IMG/VR virus record: IMGVR_UViG_3300009157_000018
Span: 27,462-91,461 of that record
Reading direction: 5' to 3' (one strand)
DNA from: a virus
Length of the DNA stretch: 64,000 nucleotides
This document shows, in pieces, positions 56,481-64,000 of the stretch; positions within the stretch are counted from its first letter, which is position 1, and each line of letters opens with the position of its first letter. Below the pieces are notes generated by a model. It did not search any database, was not told the DNA's origin, and was given only the letters and a program-made list of their open reading frames with translations. A program made the translations under genes and the position numbers.

Positions 56481-59400
56481 GTGGAATATCCTCGTAAGGT
56501 TGTTCGTTCTACTGATTGTGGTTCGTTCGTTGTTCTCACTGGTGTAGTTCCTAATCCTTACCCGAATACGGAAGGAAAGAATACTGCACTAGTGGTTACT
56601 GGTTCTCTCTATGATGAGAACGGTGACTTTATCAAGAAGGTCCAGGGCGATAACTTTGACGCTATTGTGCGTATCGGTACCGTTTGGCTCCACGAGTTGG
56701 CCGTTGCTGATGCTAGGCGCGATAACGATAAAGCGCGACTATTCGCGCTGGAAGCTCAGCCGTGGACTTTCTAAGGAAACACGGTACGGAAACTTGGATT
56801 CTCTCCAAAGGTCCGGCCAGGGAAGATATCAAACTGGTTAGTAAGCGGCTACTGTTGAATAGCCCGCGACTAACTATGGTTGATTCCCATAATCGGGTAT
56901 GGTTGAGAATCAAGTAGGTATTAGGTACGCTGGGCAGCACTAATCCGGGACACTTTCAACCCGGAAGGTAGTAAAGGAGAGAACAATGTTAGGATTTAGG
57001 TATCCTAGCAAGAAGGCTCTCCGCGAGGCTATAGCAGCTGGCAAACTAGTTAGGTTTAGTTCCCATGTCCAGGATAGTTCGGTCGTTCGGCCGGAATATA
57101 CTGGTGATGATGGTAACTACCCTGTTGTAGGTCCAGATGCCTATAACTCGCGGAAGTGGTACGCTACTCTGGAAGTGAAGGACAACCTGGTTGTTCGTAT
57201 TCTAGAGTAACGAAAGTCCACTCCTAAACGAAAATGGTGGTAGGTAAAGGAAAACGCTTTACCCTAACTACGCCGTCTTATCCCAGGGTTGGCAGAATGT
57301 CGGACTACGGGTGCCGATCGAGCCTGTAATACCTTTTAGGGTACGGTAGAGCCACCATTCCAAACTAAAAGGAGAATACTAATGCCTAGGTCAAAGCGAC
57401 CAAAGGAATACTATTGGAAGATTCGTGTTCCTTCTCGCCATTCTAGCGCGGTGTTCGATATGCTGCGATATGATGGCGGAAAGGTCGTCGATTATTCCCA
57501 TAGTACTATTGAGGAAGATGATAGTATCTTTTATGACAACTCCCAGGGCTTCGATAACTTGATTATCAGCTCGGATCGGCCGCCTACGATTGCTAGGTGG
57601 AAGAGTTTCGGAATAGATGTTATGGTTGGCGATAGGCCCTGGCCGGAAGATATATTCCACGACGGCTATGGTGATCCCTATTTCCAAACTGATCGCTACT
57701 CCGTTAGGTAGTAGCGTCGATCATAGCCGATTAGGAAAAACTAGTCGGCTATGATCGGCGTTTGTGCCGAAAGTGTATTAGGAGAAACGAAAAGGAGAAC
57801 AGTAGTGATTACTGTAAACCTCAAGCGAAACCCTAATGGCAACTTCGTTATCCAGGATGAGAACGAAACCAAAGTTGCCGAGTGTCTTTCTTGGAAAGAT
57901 GCTAAAGTCCATGTCCAGGTTAGAAAGCCTGATGTTGTTCGGCTAAAGTTCTTCCCTGGCTGCGCGGCTACTATTTCTTTGGCTACTTTGCTAAAGAGTA
58001 GAAGCCCACTCTTATAGGTGTGGGCTGCGCGGTACTGGTGTTTTACGGAATACTGTTTATCCTGGTAATAGTATTCCTGACAAGTATAGTCTAGTAGTCT
58101 GACACTATGGCCGGATATTCTGAGGGGTTATCCGGCCATAGTGCTAGTTTACTAGGAGTAAACTAGATTCTTGGTTCGGCTAGTAACAGGAAGCATAGTC
58201 CCCGCATCAGCGGTAGGAATGCTTTTAGGATGTCGCCCGCCGAAGTAATGATAGGCTAGGTAGCAGGTGATAGCACGCCAAGTAACCAACCCAATAGGAG
58301 AATCGTTATGGAAACGGAAAGGCCGTTTATTGTGGAAGTCAAGGATTCCGATAGTGAAAACTATGTTCGGAATCAGCTGACTTTCATTAGTGCCGAATCC
58401 GCAGATAACTGGGGATTCAACTTTCTGTTCCGAGACTTTCGGGCAGAAGATTATCGCGTTGTTGATATTCGCACCGGCGATATTGTTATCGAAGGGACGA
58501 ATCCATGAAAGCAAAGCGTACACCAGTACATCTAAAGGGTAAGAGTTACCCTGGACAGTTTCCGAATAATCCTACTAAGCCTAAAAAGCCTAGTGGCTTT
58601 AGGAAGAAGCCATAATGACTCTACAATCACCAACTATGGGCCAGCTTCGTGATCAATGGGAACACGATAATCCTGGTTCAGTAGCCGATACGGCTATTCC
58701 ACAAACTTGGGCAGATAAAGTATTCGAAGCTGTAAAGGAATGGCCTTTCGGTTTCGTATGGGGTTATCTTCCAGGTTCTGTATTCGGTAGTCCAGTACCG
58801 CTTACCGATTCGGCTAAAGCGATATACGAAAGACTACCGGCCAATCTCCGATAACAATACTTGGTGCGATCATGCGAAAGATCGTAAATCGGTAAGTGGG
58901 ACGGTCCGAAACGACCGCTAGGCAGGGAACCCCTGCTGGCAAGATTACCAGCCAAGAAAACCAGGTAGTTGGAACTAAACGGTTGGCGCAGACCTAACAA
59001 TGAGATTAGGTTAGGGAGCTTTCCTAGGAGTTTCGGACTAAATCAGGCCGAAAGCCAACCGCGAATGGGGGAATGGGATACAAATTGCGTTACGGCGTTG
59101 ATCTATTCGGCAAAAGAACGACAATAGGTAAGCCCTATAGGTCGCTCCGTTCGGCCAGGCAAGTTGCCCGTTCGTTTGCTGGTATTAGGCGCGGTTATCG
59201 GGCCAGGATATTCTATGGTCCTGATCGTAAAACAAGAGTGTACTACTGGCATGATATGTACGGAGTACATTCGGTAGAGTTTCCAATACACAAAAGACCT
59301 CGGCTCTCCTAGGGTAGGGGAACCGAGGTTTTTTTTCGTTTTAAATTAGAAACGAAAGGATAGATAACTATGAAAGATGGAGAGTTACGAGCTGCTGTCC

Positions 59401-60701
59401 TCGCAATGGAAGAAAGCAGCTGGTTAGACTCCACGGATGGTATTCCTATTCCTGATGAATTCGAGAAAATAGCTCGAAAAGCATTTCGAATGGGATATCA
59501 GAAATCATTGCTCGATGTTTCACAGAGCGGTGGTTTCGATAAGTTTATCAAGCGTGGTATCGAAAAAGTGATAGAACAGTATGAATAACAGTAAGCGTAG
59601 ACGGGAAGCGAAAGCTGCCCAAAAGGTTGTTGGTAATAATGCGATGGCACCAACAACTAAGAATCTTACTCGGTTGATGAAGCAGAAAGGTACTAATCGA
59701 GCTCAGCGCCGACATCACCCTAAGATTACCGTAGCGCAAATGCTGGATGAAATTGAGAGATTCGAAATGCTTTGGAACAATGGCAAAACCGACTAAACCG
59801 AAGAGCAAGTCTGCGCGGAATAAGAATGGTGGTAGGATGACTCCTCTTCCGCGAGGACGAAAGCCTACTCCTTCTTTCCTAACGAAAATCCGTTCAGAAC
59901 GAAAAACCGATATCTACCAGTTCTATCGTGGAGTAGATTGCGAATGAAAAGCGAAGTTGCTGCTTCGTTTGTAATCGCATTTCTGTTCGCAGTGATTCTG
60001 TTGACACCACTACTCTTAGTGAAGTAAACACCCCGATGTTAGCGGGTTAGGAAACTAGCCCGCTACGATCGGCGTGCTTGCGCCGAAAAGCAAGAATCAA
60101 ATGGAATGGAGGAAGCCAAAATGGGAATCGACGAAATAGCCGAGTCGGTAGGTATGTGCACCTCCCATTGTGAGCATGGTGGGGTCTGTATATTAGATGC
60201 TGGGCATGAGAGTACCCACGACTCAGAGTATTGTCGCTGGACAAACAAGGAAGCTATCTCAAAGGAGGAAGCCGACAAGCGGACAGCACAAATGCCTGGT
60301 GGTGAGTCAGTTCTCGCCATCGAGCGATTGATCTATGGAGACGATTGAAATGTTGGGCGGAGGGCCCGCCTATTCGGCAGAGGAAATCGAAGATTTCGTT
60401 GATCGAATGGGAATAGAGATTGGCCATGATGAGACTTGTTCTTATGGGTTGAAAGCGACTACGCTAGAAATCCTGGAACATTTCATTACTCGTGACCCAG
60501 AATGTGAGTACTTTGACTAAGTATGTTGTGCTTGACGCGACTAACTCTGATCCTGTCTACGGATTACTCGACGACGCTATTGTCGTCGAGATTCCCGATG
60601 GCGTGGAGCCAGACGAGTTTGTCAAGTCTGGTAACTACGAGCCTACTGGGCGAGTAGAACAAATGCCTATTCACGAAAGTTGGATTACTGATGGAGATTG
60701 A
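56481..60701 (+). other. Cluster of small hypothetical genes, probably early / host takeover
   Basis: ORFs 56481-56774, 56986-57210, 57382-57711, 57805-58017, 58308-58508, 58615-58854, 59073-59312, 59370-59588, 59581-59796, 60121-60348, 60335-60520, 60492-60701; many have strong AGGAG SDs and long spacers. Confidence 0.7.
59297..59336 (+). terminator. Intrinsic terminator
   Basis: ACCTCGG...CCGAGGT followed by a T run. Confidence 0.8.
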
Positions 60702-60947
60702 TCCGATTCGGTTTATTCCAGGATTGTGCTTATGGCTGGGCATCCTTCTTCTAAGAACGAATGAAGTGGTGTGGAGCTGGGTATGGTTCTTGGATAAGTT
60801 TATGGGCGTATTCTTTATTGTGACTGGAAGCCTAATGGCAATCCAGTTCGTCCTGAACTAGAACCCCGATGTGTGGGCAGAATCTTACAGATTGGATTCT
60901 GCCCACCGATCGGCGCTTTAGCCGAAACTAAAACTAAGGAGACAACA

Positions 60948-61751
60948 ATGCGGTGTTATTCCGATTTCGAGCGATGGCTCGCGCAAGGAAAAACTAAGCG
61001 TTCCAGAATTACTAGGAAGTATAACTACCGTATCAGGATCAGGGAGCAGGACGGTGATATTGGAGTCGAACTCTATAACACCACTGTTCTGACTTTCCAT
61101 CCTGACGGTAGTATTACTTTGGATAATGGTAACTGGACTTCTGCCTCTACTAGAAATGTAATGAACTGGTTCCTACCGTATCCGGTAATGGTGTTTATTG
61201 CTGATGGTATGTGGGGCATTAGGCTAGAATCAGGTTCGAGTTGGCATGATGATCTTGTCTACCATAATCCGGTAACGGTATCTTACTCACATAGCAAAGG
61301 TGCTGCTCAGCGCAGTATTTGGAAGATGGATAAGCCTTACGAGAACTTCGGTGAGAAGTACAAAGAACGGAAACAGATAAAGGGCCGAATCTATCGCTAT
61401 GCAAAAAGGTATATGGCGTTACTACAAACCGGCCAACTTCCTGTTCCGAGCTCTACTGATTGTTGGGCTTGTCTCCAGGAATCTGTGATGATCCCTGATT
61501 CAGGATACTGGTACTCGGTTTTCAACGATAATACAAGGAAACTTCCTTCACAACATTTAAAGGAGCATGTAGAAGATAAACAGTTCGTACCGTCGATGCT
61601 TATCAATGCCCTCGGACAATCCAACTGGTCTAAGAGTAATATTGATAAAGCCTTGACAAACGAATTTGGCAAGATGAAACATACCCATCAGATATACCAG
61701 AATCTCAACTACTATTTGAGTAGGTGGTTGAGAGATAGAATCCTCGGGTAG
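60948..61751 (+). CDS. Hypothetical protein
   Basis: SD AAGGAG; LYNTTVLTFHPDGSITLDNGNW...T motif; DCWAC. Confidence 0.65.
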   Translation: MRCYSDFERWLAQGKTKRSRITRKYNYRIRIREQDGDIGVELYNTTVLTFHPDGSITLDNGNWTSASTRNVMNWFLPYPVMVFIADGMWGIRLESGSSWHDDLVYHNPVTVSYSHSKGAAQRSIWKMDKPYENFGEKYKERKQIKGRIYRYAKRYMALLQTGQLPVPSSTDCWACLQESVMIPDSGYWYSVFNDNTRKLPSQHLKEHVEDKQFVPSMLINALGQSNWSKSNIDKALTNEFGKMKHTHQIYQNLNYYLSRWLRDRILG

Positions 61752-62309
61752 GTTATCCCGACGAGAGTGGCTGAACTAATCGGCCACTCCGGTCGGCATA
61801 AATTGCCGAAGAAAAGGAAGAAGAATGCCATATCCATATAGCGATGATGGTGATCCGTTCATTCGAAAGAATTGGGTGGCTCTTATCGCTCTAGGCATTG
61901 CAATTCTTGCTTTGCTGGTAAAGTAATGGCTGAAAGCGTATCGTTCGTTTGCACGAAATGCGACCAGGCGATAAAGCCTGATGAAGCCAGGGAATTTATA
62001 TCCGATCCTGGTGATAGAGTATGGCAGTACGATCATGTTGGCGAATGCCCAATAAAACGTGCCCATAAGTATAACTATGGATCAGACTATACCGGGCCTG
62101 TGGATGCCATCCGCAAGCACGCCAAAGAAAGTTACGGCAAATCCGAATGACAATTCGAGAAGCCCTAGACAAAGTTTGTATAGGCTGGAGCATTCAAGCT
62201 CCAGAGAATCAAGGACTCCATAGTTGGCGCTGTCAGTATCCTGACCGATACGGCAAATGCCAGCATTACCAAGAGTTCCTAGACGATTTGGTGATGGCTG
62301 TTGCCTCAC

Positions 62310-62338
62310 TTGACAAAGATGACACCCAATGATACAGT
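62310..62338 (+). promoter_or_regulatory. Rightward promoter
   Basis: CACTTGACA-17-TACAGT. Confidence 0.7.
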
Positions 62339-62391
62339 ACCCGAAACTGAGCAAGGATGCTCTATCTCAGAGGAAAGGAGGTACCTAGTCT

Positions 62392-62709
62392 TTGACTAAC
62401 ACAACTAGTTCGTCTGCGCGTAAGCGTGGCCGACCTCGGCGGGAGTCAAACCCTGCCAACCACGGTTATTCCGTGGTTAGTGAACTGCGTAACGACCTTC
62501 AGGATATGATTGGTGCGTGCCGGACTTGTGGCAAGCCTGTTCATTCTGTTGCTGGTCTTGCGAAGCAGATCGGAATTTCTTCGATTACGCTGAGCAACTT
62601 CCTCAAGGATAAGCGTGGCCTGAGCCAGCCTATTCTTGATAAGGTGTACGCTTATGTCTGGGCACAGAAGAATGCGCCCGCAGTTACCGATACGCCTGTC
62701 GAGGCGTAA
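62392..62709 (+). CDS. XRE-like HTH DNA-binding protein with AT-hook
   Basis: RKRGRPRR, CRTC, SVAGLAKQIGISSITLSNFL. Confidence 0.7.
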   Translation: MTNTTSSSARKRGRPRRESNPANHGYSVVSELRNDLQDMIGACRTCGKPVHSVAGLAKQIGISSITLSNFLKDKRGLSQPILDKVYAYVWAQKNAPAVTDTPVEA

Positions 62710-62834
62710 GTCGAAAACCGTGCCCCGGCGGTATATCCGGGGCTAATAAAAATCTCCCGATGAGTGCGGCGGATATGTGTCTATCCGCCGCACCGATCGG
62801 CAGGTTTGACTGTCGAACCGTAGAAAGGAAAGAT

Positions 62835-63881
62835 ATGCTCGAAGGGTATATCGGTCAAGCCGATAGGCTAGGAGCTCTTGTAGCGACTATTCAATCGGCC
62901 AAAAAGACTGGCAAGCCCTTACCGAATATGCTCTTTCTTGGTAAAAGCGGTCATGGTAAGACACGGCTTGCCCAACTCGTTGCTAAAGAGATGGGTAAGC
63001 CGTTGTCTGTTCTCCATGGCCCGAGTGTTATTGATAGATCGGATGTTGCTAAGGCTGTATTAGATGCCAAAGACGGCATTCTGTTTATTGATGAAACTCA
63101 TGCTCTGAGTAAGAGACTGTGCGAGGATTTGTATACTGTCATTGACAGTGGTACAATCACCGTCCAGGAATCTACTCCATCCTACTACGATACCTATATC
63201 CAAGTATGGTATCAAGAGGATTTGCCTGAGGACCGCCGTTCAGAATGGACCGGGCCAGGGAAGTATCTTATGCCTAGTGTTGTAGGTCATGAGTATACTG
63301 ACAAAATCCTGGACCTGAACCTAACTGTAATCGGTGCTACAACGGATGAAGGTTTGTTGCCATCACCGTTCCTACGCCGATTGAGTGGCTTGAAGGTATA
63401 TCTTCGAACATACCGACTTGAAGAAATGGTAGAGATTGGTAGGATGCGAGCTGCCGAGGATGGTGTTCGGATTGGCAACCCGGCCATGATAGAATTGGCT
63501 ATCCGATCCCGATTCAATCCGAGACGAATGAAGCAAACAGTTGACATTGCTGCTGCGTTTGCCATCCGTGATGGTAAAAAGACAGTAACGAAGGCTATTG
63601 CTTCTGAGTCTTTGAAGTTATCGGGAGTTGACGGATGGGGACTCGAACCTCCGCACCGCTCGATCCTAGATGTATTGTATGCTTCTGGCGGATTGAGTAG
63701 GGCGAGTTTGAGTCAAAGACTCGGGATTCCTTCTAGGAATCTTGATCTTCATTGGTCTGAGTTGCTAGAACAAGGACTTGTTCAAATCGACACTAGACAC
63801 AGACTTACCACCAAGGGTAAAGTTATTTGGGAAACCCTGAGTTCTCAGGCGTGGTCCCTACTAGTAAGGAAAGGAAATTAG
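62835..63881 (+). CDS. RuvB-like Holliday junction branch-migration AAA+ ATPase
   Basis: LEGYIGQ, Walker A GKSGHGKT, ILFIDETH, TVIGATT..GLL, RSR.NPR, GVD..GL winged helix. Confidence 0.8.
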   Translation: MLEGYIGQADRLGALVATIQSAKKTGKPLPNMLFLGKSGHGKTRLAQLVAKEMGKPLSVLHGPSVIDRSDVAKAVLDAKDGILFIDETHALSKRLCEDLYTVIDSGTITVQESTPSYYDTYIQVWYQEDLPEDRRSEWTGPGKYLMPSVVGHEYTDKILDLNLTVIGATTDEGLLPSPFLRRLSGLKVYLRTYRLEEMVEIGRMRAAEDGVRIGNPAMIELAIRSRFNPRRMKQTVDIAAAFAIRDGKKTVTKAIASESLKLSGVDGWGLEPPHRSILDVLYASGGLSRASLSQRLGIPSRNLDLHWSELLEQGLVQIDTRHRLTTKGKVIWETLSSQAWSLLVRKGN

Positions 63882-64000
63882 GCATTGAGTCTCGTTTACA
63901 CGAACTCTGATATGCCAGCTCCACCGGGACTGATTCCTAGGCTGGATAATTATCTCAAGGCTCTTAGCCTTGAGAATGATCCGGCTGCCAGGATTGCAGT

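Larger units (their letters stand above)
57717..62817 (+). repeat. Five copies of an intergenic double-hairpin element
   Basis: 57717-57772, 60032-60088, 60865-60927, 61757-61810, 62756-62817; consensus YCGAY-NN-[stem-loop]-YGRTCGGC-loop-GYCGAA. Confidence 0.8.

Noticed and set aside
57717-62817. Hammerhead ribozyme reading of the early repeat (CCGATGA-stem-CGA-stem)
   Set aside because: The catalytic core CUGANGA/GAAA is not conserved (CCGA, GT variants, CGAT in place of GAAA), and covariation shows CCGAY is base-paired
57717-62817. CRISPR array
   Set aside because: The repeats are not identical, are separated by whole genes at irregular spacing, and no cas genes are present
1-64000. Prophage or temperate lifestyle call
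   Set aside because: No integrase, att site or host flank is in the window; the HTH and HExxH genes alone are not enough

Overview
This window is 64 kb of a large tailed (siphovirus-type) dsDNA phage genome in the standard genetic code. The host is probably a monoderm (Actinomycetota or Chloroflexota). That is inferred from an M23 endolysin with no spanin or LysB visible, apparent leaderless starts, and ThyX plus NrdJ. Bases 1-55,000 are almost all on the minus strand. In transcription order they carry small accessory genes, NrdJ, a C5 DNA methyltransferase with a second subunit in an overlapping frame, an intein-containing ThyX, terminase, portal, protease/scaffold, decoration and major capsid proteins, head accessory proteins, a glycosyltransferase, neck genes and the major tail protein. 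A ~12.4 kb RNA island (7.4-19.9 kb) follows, then the frameshifting tail chaperones, tape measure, Dit and a Tal-like protein. The island holds 32 CCA-encoding tRNAs covering all 20 amino acids, the lysis genes, an 85-nt tmRNA reduced to its tRNA-like domain, a ~800-nt GOLLD-sized structured RNA, a non-canonical tRNA mimic and about ten smaller structured spacers. Five island CDSs have their stop codon inside or overlapping the downstream tRNA. After a GC-rich divergence region with nested inverted repeats (55.0-56.4 kb), plus-strand small genes (probably early) are separated by a repeated, covarying double-hairpin element and end in a RuvB-like ATPase. The best candidate for a new system is the combination of tRNA-embedded stop codons (non-stop mRNAs after tRNA processing) with a tag-less mini-tmRNA. 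All calls were made by eye from the sequence; no searches were run.
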